64,000 nt of DNA from a virus. Its lineage: Duplodnaviria; Heunggongvirae; Uroviricota; Caudoviricetes. This document shows, piece by piece, positions 1-9,436 of the stretch. A program made the position numbers and the translations under genes. The stretch spans positions 26,875 to 90,874 of IMG/VR virus record IMGVR_UViG_3300046453_000093; one strand, written 5' to 3'. The notes beneath the pieces were generated by a model. That model had not been told where the DNA came from. It made no database searches and was given only the letters and a program-made list of their open reading frames with translations. Position 1 is the stretch's first letter. Every line of letters begins with the position of its first letter.

Positions 1-3
1 GAG

Positions 4-342
4 TTGAGTTTTAGAGATATACAATATTTACATACAACATCAGCTACTTTCACAAGAGGTTATCTATACATTGACAATGACGAAGCAAGGAAGCGTCTTG
101 GCTTAGAGCGTGAAGAGATTAAGGTTAATCAAATTTCAAGAGCAGAGATTGAAAAAGGTCTTAAAGGTGGAATTCCACTATTGAAGAAGATGTTGGAAAC
201 AATCAAAGAATCTGAGAATAGTGCTTTATTGCGAGAAGTCGTTAGTATTGCTAAAGAAATCAAAGTTGACAACACAACAAAATTACAACTGTTAGCAGAA
301 GCTAGTGGCATCCCAATGGAAGTTTTAATTGATATGGAATAA
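4..342 (+). CDS. hypothetical protein, 5'-truncated at window edge; C-terminus looks helix-turn-helix (LLAEASGIPMEVL)
   Basis: ORF runs off the window start. HTH-like C-terminal segment. Followed directly by a strong hairpin terminator. Confidence 0.3.
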   Translation: MSFRDIQYLHTTSATFTRGYLYIDNDEARKRLGLEREEIKVNQISRAEIEKGLKGGIPLLKKMLETIKESENSALLREVVSIAKEIKVDNTTKLQLLAEASGIPMEVLIDME

Positions 343-347
343 TAAAT

Positions 348-373
348 AAGAGGTAGTTCTACCTCTTATTTTC
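348..373 (+). terminator. rho-independent terminator
   Basis: aagaggta-gttc-tacctctt hairpin followed by a T-run. Confidence 0.7.
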
Positions 374-382
374 AATAAAAGG

Positions 383-1351
383 GTGAAGGAAATGAAAGAA
401 AAAATTTTAATTACAGGTGGAACAGGACTTATAGGTTCACATCTGATAGAATTTATCACTACTAAATTTGCTGATAAATATGAAATTATTGCTACAAAAT
501 TACCTAGAACACTACCGTATCTACCTGATGTTGTAAATTATATTGATTGTGATTTTACTGATTTATACGCTTGCATCAATCTTATCAGAGGAAATAAACC
601 TGAATACATAATACATTTAGGGGCGCAATCGTATCCAAAAATTTCTGAGTCAAATCCTTATATGACTGTAAATAGTAATATAGTTGGAAATTTAAATATT
701 TTTGAAGCAATTAGAATATCAGAGTATACTCCTAAGAAAATCATGGTTACTTGCTCGTCAGCTTCCTATGGTGATGTTAAAGGTAAATATCCTACAACTG
801 AAGACACTGCATTTAACCCATTAAGTCTTTATGCAGTTACAAAAGCTACTCAAGACCTTCTTTCATATCAATACTTTAGGAATTATGAATTACCTATTGT
901 TAGAATCAGACCATACATTATTGCAGGTGAACGTCAGGGCGAAAACAATGCTATCAATAGTTTTGCAAAGCAAATTGCAATGATTGAAAAAGATGGCAAA
1001 GGTGTCTTGAAGGTTGGCAATTTAAACACATTTCGAGACATTACTGATGTCAAAGATTTTGTAAGAGGTTTATGGAGCTTGATGTTTGATGGTGAAAATG
1101 GTGAAGCTTATAATATTTGTTCAGGCACACCAAGAAAAATGAAAGACATTTTAAATCAATTGGTTGAGTTGTCGAATGCTGACATTACAATTGAGGTTGA
1201 TGAATCAAGATTAAGACCTTCAGACATTCCTTTAGAGCATGGCTCTAATCACAAAATTAATACATTGACAGGTTGGCAACCTGAAATACCTTTTAGGGAT
1301 ACCTTAGAAAGAATTTTAAATCATTGGAGGGATAAGGTTGAATCAAATTAA
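383..1351 (+). CDS. NAD(P)-dependent sugar epimerase/dehydratase (extended SDR family), probably acting on an NDP-sugar such as GDP-heptose or GDP-mannose
   Basis: N-terminal Rossmann motif TGGTGLIGSHL. Catalytic YxxxK (YAVTK). ~320 aa, typical of Gmd/GalE-like enzymes. RBS aagggtgaagg. Confidence 0.75.
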   Translation: MKEMKEKILITGGTGLIGSHLIEFITTKFADKYEIIATKLPRTLPYLPDVVNYIDCDFTDLYACINLIRGNKPEYIIHLGAQSYPKISESNPYMTVNSNIVGNLNIFEAIRISEYTPKKIMVTCSSASYGDVKGKYPTTEDTAFNPLSLYAVTKATQDLLSYQYFRNYELPIVRIRPYIIAGERQGENNAINSFAKQIAMIEKDGKGVLKVGNLNTFRDITDVKDFVRGLWSLMFDGENGEAYNICSGTPRKMKDILNQLVELSNADITIEVDESRLRPSDIPLEHGSNHKINTLTGWQPEIPFRDTLERILNHWRDKVESN

Positions 1352-2252
1352 ATGTTACTTTCATTTCGGTGGAGAATTAAGAACAGGTGGTACAAGAATC
1401 CTAAACAACTTAAAAAAATATTCTCCTGAAAATATTACTTTTGTAGATAATCTAAACGATTGTGACTTTGCAATTATTCATTTGCAATATAAACATGATT
1501 TAGATTTTTATTTACACAACTGTAATAAACCAATAATCTTCTTAATTTCAGAACTCCAAAACTCAAAAGAATATTTCAACGAATTCTTCTCCAATCCCCT
1601 TCTAAAAATGACTTACACCTTTCACCCTCTGAGACACTTAGGATACATTGATGAAAACGACAAGAAAAACCATGTGCTTGGTGCTTGGGGTTTTGACGAA
1701 CAATTGTTTGGACAAGACAATCCTTATGAATTAGTTCAATTGGATAGACCTAACACATCAATATGTTTTGGTTTTTATGATTCCGAACGTTACAGCGAAC
1801 AGTATTTGGCAACAAAACAAACAGGTGGAAAATTAATTCATTTAGATATTAAGAAGTGGGATTTTCTAAGACAAGGATTGTTTTTTGATGAAAAACATCA
1901 TTGGTACAAAGAATGGGTTGAGAATGACGAATTAGTTGATTTATATAAATCATGTAAATTTGTTTCAGGCTTACGTTCAGGGGCAGGATTCGAAGTTCCT
2001 GTATTAGAAGGTGCATCATTAGGGCTTACTCCAATATGTTTTGACAATATCTATTACAGACAATGGTTTAATGATTTTGCTGTTTTTATTCCTGAAGAAT
2101 TTGATGTAGACATGGTAAACAATCTAGTTAATATCTATCGGAATTATGATTCATTCAAGTTGAAATTAGACCAAATTAACTATGTTCGTGACAGATTTAA
2201 ATGGGAGACAATTGCAAAAAACTTTTGGAAAGAAGTAAATGCTTCGTTATAG
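1338..2252 (+). CDS. putative divergent GT-B glycosyltransferase (GT4-like C-terminal lobe)
   Basis: C-terminal segment [39 protein letters not shown] resembles the GT4 donor-binding motif (EGFG-PVLEAMA-G-P). Overlaps the upstream gene by 14 nt. Confidence 0.4.
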   Translation: MNQIKCYFHFGGELRTGGTRILNNLKKYSPENITFVDNLNDCDFAIIHLQYKHDLDFYLHNCNKPIIFLISELQNSKEYFNEFFSNPLLKMTYTFHPLRHLGYIDENDKKNHVLGAWGFDEQLFGQDNPYELVQLDRPNTSICFGFYDSERYSEQYLATKQTGGKLIHLDIKKWDFLRQGLFFDEKHHWYKEWVENDELVDLYKSCKFVSGLRSGAGFEVPVLEGASLGLTPICFDNIYYRQWFNDFAVFIPEEFDVDMVNNLVNIYRNYDSFKLKLDQINYVRDRFKWETIAKNFWKEVNASL

Positions 2253-2263
2253 AGGTGATTCAA

Positions 2264-2716
2264 ATGGAGTTACAGACTATTCTTGAAAAGAATGGTGGCA
2301 CTATTAACTTTTATGGTCAATGGCAACATGATGGATTTTATTGGATTGAAGCAGACAAGGGACAAATTCATATAGCAGATGATGTATTTATTGGATGGGG
2401 AACTAGAATAGTTTGCAATGAATACATTTACATAGGAAAATGCACAATCATTGCTGAAAATGTAACGATTCGAGATATGAATCATATGTTTGATGAACCT
2501 GATGAAATAAGATACATGAAACATCAACCATATTCAACAGCACCAACAATTATTGAAGATGGGGTATGGGTTGGTGCAGGGGCTAGAATCTTAAAAGGTG
2601 TTAGGGTTGGTCATGGTGCTATTGTAGGTGCAAATGCTGTCGTTACAAAGGATGTTCCACCAAATGCAATTGTTGGTGGAGTACCTGCAAAAATTATTAA
2701 ATATAGACATGAATAG
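2264..2716 (+). CDS. hexapeptide-repeat (left-handed beta-helix) sugar O-acetyltransferase, MAT/WbbJ-like
   Basis: Tandem hexapeptide repeats [46 protein letters not shown]. Start moved to the ATG at 2264, preceded by RBS agaggtga; the track ORF begins at 2201 inside the upstream gene. Confidence 0.75.
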   Translation: MELQTILEKNGGTINFYGQWQHDGFYWIEADKGQIHIADDVFIGWGTRIVCNEYIYIGKCTIIAENVTIRDMNHMFDEPDEIRYMKHQPYSTAPTIIEDGVWVGAGARILKGVRVGHGAIVGANAVVTKDVPPNAIVGGVPAKIIKYRHE

Positions 2717-2727
2717 GAGGTGACAGG

Positions 2728-3906
2728 ATGCTAAGAGTTTTATTGGTAACAGATAGCATCACACTCAATACAGGTTATGCTCAAACAGCAAAAATCATTG
2801 TAGATGCTTTATTAGAAGCAAAATGTGATGTGAGACAATTGGCTTGGGGTATAAATGAAGAACCTCAAGACAGCAAGATAAAATTATATCCTACTTCACC
2901 GAATGACTTTTACGGAAAAACATCTTTTCCAAATATAATTGAAGACTTTCTTCCACAAGTTGTTCTAAGTTTTGGGGACTTGTTTAATGTGAGTTGGATT
3001 GCAAATTTCCCAAACCGTTTTTTTAAATGGGTAGCTTATTTTCCGATTGATGCTGAACATATTACTGTAGCGCAAAAACACATGATACTACAAATTGACC
3101 AACCAATTGTCTATTCTAAAACTGCTTTAAATATAGTTCTAAGCGAGACAAAGCGTGAAGACTTAAAAATAATTTATCATGGAATTGATACTGAAAAGTT
3201 TCAGCCATTAAATAAAGATGAATTGAAAAGAAAGTATCGGATGGATGGAAAGTTTATTGTTGGTACTGTTGGCAGAAATAACGCACGTAAAAATTTTCCT
3301 GCTCTTATGGAAGCTTTTGCTGAGTTTTCTAAAGACAAGCCTGACGCAAAACTCTACCTTCACACGAAGCCAGTTGATGTAGGACATAATTTATATGAAT
3401 ACATCAAGAGGTATAAATTGGATAATAAAGTTTATTTTACCCAAGATATGGATGGAGTAATTGGACTTAGTGATGATGAACTAGTTGAATTATACAACTG
3501 TTTTGACATATTTGTTTCGACAACAGCAGGAGAAGGGCTTGGTCTTCCAGTTTTAGAAGCACAGGCATGTAAAGTTCCTGTGCTAGTTACGGATTATTCG
3601 GCATGTAAAGAATTTGTCCCTAAAGATTTCAGGATTAAAGTTAAAGCACATTATTTTGAACCGTTTTGGGATGTTGAACGAGCCATAATCGACCAAGAAG
3701 ATTTGGTTGACAAGTTAAACAAATTATACCACAACAAACAAGTCCTTCCAATCATTGGAGAAAAGTCTAGAAGCTTTGTTGAAGGATATGATTGGAAGTT
3801 CATTAAGCCATTGTGGTCATATTTTATCAAATTATATGCAGAACAACAGTTCGGTATTAAAGAAGAGGATACGAATAGTACTATGTCTAAATTCATTCGT
3901 ATTTAA
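2728..3906 (+). CDS. glycosyltransferase family 4 (GT-B, retaining)
   Basis: EGLGLPVLEAQACKVPVLVTD motif (E-x7-E). ~390 aa. No TM segment. RBS ggaggtga. Confidence 0.8.
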   Translation: MLRVLLVTDSITLNTGYAQTAKIIVDALLEAKCDVRQLAWGINEEPQDSKIKLYPTSPNDFYGKTSFPNIIEDFLPQVVLSFGDLFNVSWIANFPNRFFKWVAYFPIDAEHITVAQKHMILQIDQPIVYSKTALNIVLSETKREDLKIIYHGIDTEKFQPLNKDELKRKYRMDGKFIVGTVGRNNARKNFPALMEAFAEFSKDKPDAKLYLHTKPVDVGHNLYEYIKRYKLDNKVYFTQDMDGVIGLSDDELVELYNCFDIFVSTTAGEGLGLPVLEAQACKVPVLVTDYSACKEFVPKDFRIKVKAHYFEPFWDVERAIIDQEDLVDKLNKLYHNKQVLPIIGEKSRSFVEGYDWKFIKPLWSYFIKLYAEQQFGIKEEDTNSTMSKFIRI

Positions 3907-3923
3907 GGATTGAAGGTGAAAAG

Positions 3924-5021
3924 GTGACAAGTGTATTGTTTCGAGGGTCATGCTTGGGTTTCTCAGGATATGACAACACAAATTTACTGTATGTAATTGG
4001 TATGATTCAGAATGATGTAAATGTCAAGTTGATTGAACAATTGGATAACAGAGATTTCTATTTTCAATTCATTAGAAAAGATTGGGTTGAATTGTTAAAA
4101 GATGCAATGGATAAACCAATGCCTGACGAATACATATATTTTAATAGAACAACGTTAGACTGTTTTAAACAATATCCAAATGCACTAAAGACATATGTTT
4201 CAACAGTGTGGGAAACTGACCCTGCACCTGATTATTTTATTGATGCATTTAATAATATAGAAGCAAATGGAATTATTGTTCCAAGTAATTTTAATAAAAG
4301 AATGATAGATGGGAAAATAAATAAGCCTGTCCACACATTAAGAGAAGGTTTGGACTTATCACTCTATGAAAATATGAGTGAAAATAAACCTCAAGGGACT
4401 TTTAAATTTCTCAGTTTATTCCAATGGCTACCAAGAAAAGGTTATGATGTATTGCTAGAAGCATATTTTAAAGAGTTTCAAAATCATGAAGATGTTGCAC
4501 TAGTGATTAAAACATCCTCTTTAAATTATGGGGTAATTCCATCAAGTCAGATTTTGGGGAATATCGCCAATGTAAAAAGAAGGTTTGGTAAAAGTCTACC
4601 TGTATATGTACTTCCTACACACATTTCATATGACGAAATTCTTAATTTGTATAATGACTGCCATAGTTATATCTGTGCATCTAGAACAGAGGGGTATTGC
4701 AGACCATTACTAGAAGCAATGGCGAGTAACTTACCTGTAATAACTACCAATTGGGGTGGACAAACGGACTTTGTAAACAATGAGAATGGATACTTACTAG
4801 ATTACAGACTTGCAAATATTCCACAACAATGGTATTCAGGAGATTTTCAGCCACATCAAGTATGGGCTGACCCAAGTGTGGAACATCTACAACACTTAAT
4901 GAGAAGCGTATATGAAAATCGTTCTGAAGCACAAGAGAAGGCTAAAAGGGCAAAGCAGATGACTCAAGAATATGATTATAGATTGATTGCAAAAGATTTA
5001 GAACAAATCTTATTCAGTTAA
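3924..5021 (+). CDS. glycosyltransferase family 4 (GT-B)
   Basis: TEGYCRPLLEAMASNLPVITTNWGGQTDF motif. GTG start with RBS gaaggtgaaaagg. No TM segment. Confidence 0.75.
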   Translation: MTSVLFRGSCLGFSGYDNTNLLYVIGMIQNDVNVKLIEQLDNRDFYFQFIRKDWVELLKDAMDKPMPDEYIYFNRTTLDCFKQYPNALKTYVSTVWETDPAPDYFIDAFNNIEANGIIVPSNFNKRMIDGKINKPVHTLREGLDLSLYENMSENKPQGTFKFLSLFQWLPRKGYDVLLEAYFKEFQNHEDVALVIKTSSLNYGVIPSSQILGNIANVKRRFGKSLPVYVLPTHISYDEILNLYNDCHSYICASRTEGYCRPLLEAMASNLPVITTNWGGQTDFVNNENGYLLDYRLANIPQQWYSGDFQPHQVWADPSVEHLQHLMRSVYENRSEAQEKAKRAKQMTQEYDYRLIAKDLEQILFS

Positions 5022-5023
5022 TT

Positions 5024-6031
5024 TTGAAGGGTGGAGGGGAAATGGAAATATACAGAGCGAAATCACCTCTAAGGGTTTCTTTTTCAGGTGGTGGGACAGA
5101 TATAGAGCCATATTTAATAGATTATGGCGGTTGCGTTTTAAGTACCACAATTAATAAGTATTGCTATGCTACTCTTATTCCAAGAGATGATAATCAAGTG
5201 ATTATTCATTCTCATGATTTCAATCTGACAGTGAAGTATCAGCTTGACGAAAAAGACTCACTAGAAGACGACCTGAAGCTTGTAAGAGCAGTTATAAGGA
5301 GACTTGATGTAAGACAAGGGTTCGAAATTAAGATTCACAGTGACGCTCCTGTGGGTTCAGGATTAGGGTCTTCGTCCAGTTTGGTAGTTTGTCTAATTGG
5401 AGTTTTGTCAAAATGGATGAATCTATCTTTGTCGCTATATGATATTTCAAGAATGGCTTATGAGATTGAAAGAGTAGATATGAATATAAGTGGAGGTCAT
5501 CAAGACCAGTACGCAAGTGCATTTGGCGGGTTTAATTTTATAGAGTTCTTTGACAATAAAACCATTGTTAATCCATTAAGAATTAAAGAAAGCTATCTAA
5601 ATGAATTGGAATATAACCTGCTTCTATGTTTTACAGGTAAGACTAGAATGGGAGAAAGCATTATCAAAAAACAGGTTAGTAGTTATAAAGATAATGTGCA
5701 GTATCTTCATGAGTTAAAAAGTCTTACTTTAGATATGAAGAATTCCCTATTGACAGGAAATGTTCATGAATTTGGTTCGCTTTTTCACGATGCTTGGGAG
5801 AATAAAAGGAAGCTTACCAGTGGTATTTCAAATCCACATATTGATGAATTATATGAGATTGGCAGAAATGCGGGTGCTTTAGGTGGAAAGCTTTTAGGTG
5901 CAGGTGGCGGTGGCTACTTGCTTTTTTATTGTACTGACAAGCAAAAAGTTGGGAAAGCATTGCAAGATGCAGGTGGACAATTAGTAGATTTTAACTTTGA
6001 TTATAAGGGGTTAACGACATGGAAAATATAA
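5024..6031 (+). CDS. hddA: GHMP-family sugar kinase, D-glycero-D-manno-heptose 7-phosphate kinase (HddA-like)
   Basis: GHMP motif PVGSGLGSSSSLVVCLIG. N-terminal PLRVSFSGGGTD. Context between gmhA, gmhB and hddC. Alternative start at 5042 (MEIYRAK). Confidence 0.7.
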   Translation: MKGGGEMEIYRAKSPLRVSFSGGGTDIEPYLIDYGGCVLSTTINKYCYATLIPRDDNQVIIHSHDFNLTVKYQLDEKDSLEDDLKLVRAVIRRLDVRQGFEIKIHSDAPVGSGLGSSSSLVVCLIGVLSKWMNLSLSLYDISRMAYEIERVDMNISGGHQDQYASAFGGFNFIEFFDNKTIVNPLRIKESYLNELEYNLLLCFTGKTRMGESIIKKQVSSYKDNVQYLHELKSLTLDMKNSLLTGNVHEFGSLFHDAWENKRKLTSGISNPHIDELYEIGRNAGALGGKLLGAGGGGYLLFYCTDKQKVGKALQDAGGQLVDFNFDYKGLTTWKI

Positions 6032-6570
6032 TTAATGAACACTTAGAAGTTGTAGAATCAATGAAAAGTCTTGTTTCAAAGATTGACTTAATTGCTGATG
6101 TAATTATTCAAGCTTATGAAGATGGAAATAAAGTTTTGATTTTTGGTAATGGTGGAAGTGCAGTAGATTCTGAACACTTCACCACAGAATTGGTTAGTCG
6201 TTTTAAGTTTGACAGAGAAGGATTAAATGCAATCAGTCTGTCAAGTAATGTTGCTACTCTAACTGCCATTGGGAATGATTATGATTTTGATTCAGTGTAT
6301 TCTAGACAGGTAAAGGCATATGCAAATCAGGGCGATATTGTAATTGGTATTACTACAAACGGATTTTCACCAAATGTAATTAAGGGTTTAGAAAAGGCGA
6401 TTGAATTAAAATGTATTCCAGTTCTAATCACAGGAAACAAGAATATTGACAATGAGTATATTACACTAAATATTAATTCCAATAATACAGCACGTATTCA
6501 AGAAGCTTACCTACTAGCTATTCATATGATATGCGAAAAGGTAGAAAGAGTATTGTTCGGTGAGAAATAA
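6019..6570 (+). CDS. gmhA: sedoheptulose-7-phosphate isomerase (SIS domain), GmhA
   Basis: IFGNGGSAVDSEHFTTELVSRF matches the GmhA signature GNGGSA-DAQHF--EL. 183 aa. Confidence 0.85.
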   Translation: MENIINEHLEVVESMKSLVSKIDLIADVIIQAYEDGNKVLIFGNGGSAVDSEHFTTELVSRFKFDREGLNAISLSSNVATLTAIGNDYDFDSVYSRQVKAYANQGDIVIGITTNGFSPNVIKGLEKAIELKCIPVLITGNKNIDNEYITLNINSNNTARIQEAYLLAIHMICEKVERVLFGEK

Positions 6571-7072
6571 AACTGTTTTTCTAGATAGAGATGGAGTTAT
6601 TTGTGAAGATATTCACCATCTACATAAGGTAGAACAACTGGAATTGATAAATGGTACAAAAGAAGCAATTCGAGCATTGAAAGATAATGGATATCTAGTC
6701 ATTGTCATAACGAATCAGTCAGTAGTCGCAAGAGGACTTGTAGACGTATTTGGAGTCATTACAATTAATAATCACTTAAATAACATGGTTGACAACCTGA
6801 TTGACGACTTTTTGTTCTGTCCTCACTTGCCTACAGATGATTGTTTATGCAGAAAGCCGAATATTCAGCTTATCAAAAATGCAAGTCTTTATTATGATGT
6901 AGATATTTTCGAATCATATATAGTTGGTGATAAGTCAACCGATATTCAAGCAGGGTATAATGCGGGGCTAAAAACAATCGCTGTGAGAACAGGGTATGGA
7001 GAAATGCCTGAATATGCTGACTACAAAGCTGACAATCTTTTAGACGCTGTGAGGAAAATAATATGCAAATAG
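6560..7072 (+). CDS. gmhB: D-glycero-D-manno-heptose 1,7-bisphosphate phosphatase (HAD family), GmhB
   Basis: VFLDRDGVI HAD motif I. CPHLPTDDCLCRKP matches the GmhB zinc-binding CPH...C-CRKP. 170 aa. Confidence 0.85.
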   Translation: MRNKTVFLDRDGVICEDIHHLHKVEQLELINGTKEAIRALKDNGYLVIVITNQSVVARGLVDVFGVITINNHLNNMVDNLIDDFLFCPHLPTDDCLCRKPNIQLIKNASLYYDVDIFESYIVGDKSTDIQAGYNAGLKTIAVRTGYGEMPEYADYKADNLLDAVRKIICK

Positions 7073-7701
7073 CAGTAATTCTATGTGGTGGAAAAGGAAC
7101 AAGATTATTTCCTTTAACAAGGGAAATTCCTAAACCAATGTTACCAATTAAAGGCAAGTCTGTATTAGAATATCAAATTGAATTTCTTAGAAAAAATAAT
7201 GTAAAAACTATCTATCTAGCTGTTGGATATTTGAAAGAGCAGATTATTGATTATTTTAAAGATGGTTCTAATTTTGGTGTTGAAATCAAATATCTTTATG
7301 ATAATTGTGAGGGAACAGGCGGTGCGTTAAGAGGATTAAAAACGCTACTTGGTCTTAATACTCCTATTCTAGTAATGAATGGGGACACATTGTTTGATGT
7401 TGACATTCAGGATATGGTAAATCATCATAGTGAATCAATCACTATAGCAGTTGCCAATGTAGAAAACCCTGATAGATACGGTGTAGTTCAAGATGGAAAG
7501 ATTCAAGAAAAAATTAAGGTTGATAGAGGTTTGGTTTCAATAGGTTTATATATTATTGAACCTGATGTTTTCAGTCTGATTTTTGATGGATACTGCTCAT
7601 TAGAGAAAGATATTTTTCCATTGTTAAAACAAGGATTTTATCAATATGAAGGCGATTGGTATGACATGGGTACGATGGAAGTTTATGAAGAAGTGAGGTG
7701 A
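7063..7701 (+). CDS. hddC: D-glycero-D-manno-heptose 1-phosphate guanylyltransferase-like nucleotidyltransferase (HddC-like)
   Basis: N-terminal ILCGGKGTRLFPLT sugar-nucleotidyltransferase motif. ~210 aa. Context. Nucleotide specificity (GDP vs other) cannot be read from sequence. Confidence 0.7.
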   Translation: MQIAVILCGGKGTRLFPLTREIPKPMLPIKGKSVLEYQIEFLRKNNVKTIYLAVGYLKEQIIDYFKDGSNFGVEIKYLYDNCEGTGGALRGLKTLLGLNTPILVMNGDTLFDVDIQDMVNHHSESITIAVANVENPDRYGVVQDGKIQEKIKVDRGLVSIGLYIIEPDVFSLIFDGYCSLEKDIFPLLKQGFYQYEGDWYDMGTMEVYEEVR

Positions 7702-8363
7702 AATATATGGCACTAAGAGCATCTTTGAATTCAAATGTAAATGATAGAAGTAAGTGGATTGGTTCTGTTGATGGTCAAAATATTCCAATTGTCACAAGGC
7801 ACTCTGCTTCAGGTACATCTGAGACAGTTCTTATTTACATCTTTAATGATGGAAATCGTGACAGCGATTCAGAGCCAATGAATTTAGAGTATAGAAATGT
7901 CACTATTAAACCAAGAGGTAAGAGAACAAGGATTCTTACAAGCCTTGGAGAAGACATAGCACCATATGTAAATACAATTCCTATTGAAGACCCAAAATGG
8001 TATGGAAGTGGCACTAAAATATTAACAGACCCTATAGTTTTGGGTGGAACTCAAATTCGAGAAGAATTTTGGGTTAAAAGCATACAAGGAAATAACTTAA
8101 TAGTTGATAGGGGTCAAAACAATTCTACAGCTTTAACTTTACCCAATAGAATGTGGATTGAAGCTTACCCTGACCATTTATATCTTAGTTTGACAGGTAA
8201 AGATGGTACTTGGGTACAAGGTAGTCAATTACTATTGCCTGATATTTTGGAAGGTTGGACACCAATCAAGGTATATGTGAGAGTTTCGACAGGCGCATTA
8301 AAAACTCAAATGAAAATAGATTCATTTTTATCTATTAATGGTGATGAATATCCTAAGTTTTAA
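7698..8363 (+). CDS. hypothetical beta-rich protein, paralog of 8388-9152; translationally coupled to hddC (likely true start ATG at 7707, MALRAS...)
   Basis: Shares motifs with the next ORF (MAL N-terminus, YIFNDG / YVYNDG, NLEYR / NLRYE, IKPRGK / LKPKSF). Overlaps hddC stop. RBS gaggtg. Confidence 0.5.
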   Translation: MKYMALRASLNSNVNDRSKWIGSVDGQNIPIVTRHSASGTSETVLIYIFNDGNRDSDSEPMNLEYRNVTIKPRGKRTRILTSLGEDIAPYVNTIPIEDPKWYGSGTKILTDPIVLGGTQIREEFWVKSIQGNNLIVDRGQNNSTALTLPNRMWIEAYPDHLYLSLTGKDGTWVQGSQLLLPDILEGWTPIKVYVRVSTGALKTQMKIDSFLSINGDEYPKF

Positions 8364-8387
8364 AAATAATAAAGGGGGAATTACCCA

Positions 8388-9152
8388 ATGGCTTTACAAT
8401 TATTAAAAGATTTCACTGTAACAGGTGGGAGATATGTAAATTTAATCACAATGGACACACCATTGACAATTACACAAGATGGTGGGATTGACGATATTAA
8501 TACAATAGTACCAACTTATTTTTATGTGTACAACGATGGAAAAAGGCGTGACCCAATGTTTGACCCTGTAGATGGTACAGATATGAATTTAAGATACGAA
8601 CAAATTATTTTAAAACCAAAATCTTTCCAAACAGTTATTATTTCAGCAGGAGGTGGAAGTAATGGTACTTCAACTAGATTATATCTTGGTGCAGTTTCAG
8701 TTACAACTCCCGCAGTTATGAGGATAGAAATTGGTTCAGTATTAGCTTTAACTCAAGGTGTAAACACAGAAGATGTTTTAGTTATGAAAATTGGTGGAGA
8801 TGCTTACGGTTCTTATGTTGATGTAATTAGAAACTATCGAAATTCATCTACAACTCTATCAGCCTTGAATATTGTTCCAGGAAATACTGTTGATGTAAGC
8901 ACAAAACACATTTTTCTTTCAAAAACAACTGATTTTTCAGGCTCGGTTGGAGGGTCACAGTTGACTCTTAGTAATGTAACTAGTTCGATTACAGTTCCTT
9001 CAGCAAACCCTGATGTAACTCAATATCAAACTATTTATATTAAAGCTGTTCCTCAACTGCAAAAATCAGGTTCAACTCAGATTACTCGTATTCCAACCCA
9101 ACATAAAACTGATGTATATTTTGAAATCTCATATAGAGAGTTACCGAACTAA
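8388..9152 (+). CDS. hypothetical protein, paralog of 7698-8363
   Basis: Paralogy as above. RBS aaaggggg. Confidence 0.5.
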   Translation: MALQLLKDFTVTGGRYVNLITMDTPLTITQDGGIDDINTIVPTYFYVYNDGKRRDPMFDPVDGTDMNLRYEQIILKPKSFQTVIISAGGGSNGTSTRLYLGAVSVTTPAVMRIEIGSVLALTQGVNTEDVLVMKIGGDAYGSYVDVIRNYRNSSTTLSALNIVPGNTVDVSTKHIFLSKTTDFSGSVGGSQLTLSNVTSSITVPSANPDVTQYQTIYIKAVPQLQKSGSTQITRIPTQHKTDVYFEISYRELPN

Positions 9153-9165
9153 GAGGGTAGTGATT

Positions 9166-9393
9166 ATGAATATGGTAAAAAGATATATTTGGAATATATT
9201 AATCTCTATTGACCAATTGCTCAATACATTGCTCTTTGGTTCTCCTGATGAAACAATGTCCTCTCGAATGGGAAAGCATGTTGCCAAGAAAGATTGCCTA
9301 TTCTGTAACCTTGTATGCAAGTTTCTTAATCTCTTTGAAAAAGACCATTGTAAAAAGTCTATTGAAGAAGACGAAGGAGAGCCAATGAAATAA
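9166..9393 (+). CDS. small Cys/His-containing hypothetical protein (possible zinc-binding)
   Basis: Start adjusted to MNMVKRY after RBS agagggtag. Contains C-x2-C-x3-C and H-C cluster (KKDCLFCNLVCKF...DHCKK). Confidence 0.35.
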   Translation: MNMVKRYIWNILISIDQLLNTLLFGSPDETMSSRMGKHVAKKDCLFCNLVCKFLNLFEKDHCKKSIEEDEGEPMK

Positions 9394-9436
9394 ATGTTTT
9401 TAAAGAGATTAAGTATTATTTAAAGGGGGCATATAA

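Noticed and set aside
129-311. 60-aa antisense ORF inside the first partial gene
   Set aside because: Embedded antisense, no RBS.
383-7701. Interpretation of the sugar island as host chromosomal DNA flanking a prophage end
   Set aside because: Same strand, same codon/GC style, and translational coupling (overlapping stop/start) into downstream phage-type genes. No integrase, tRNA or att-like repeat nearby. More parsimonious as phage cargo.
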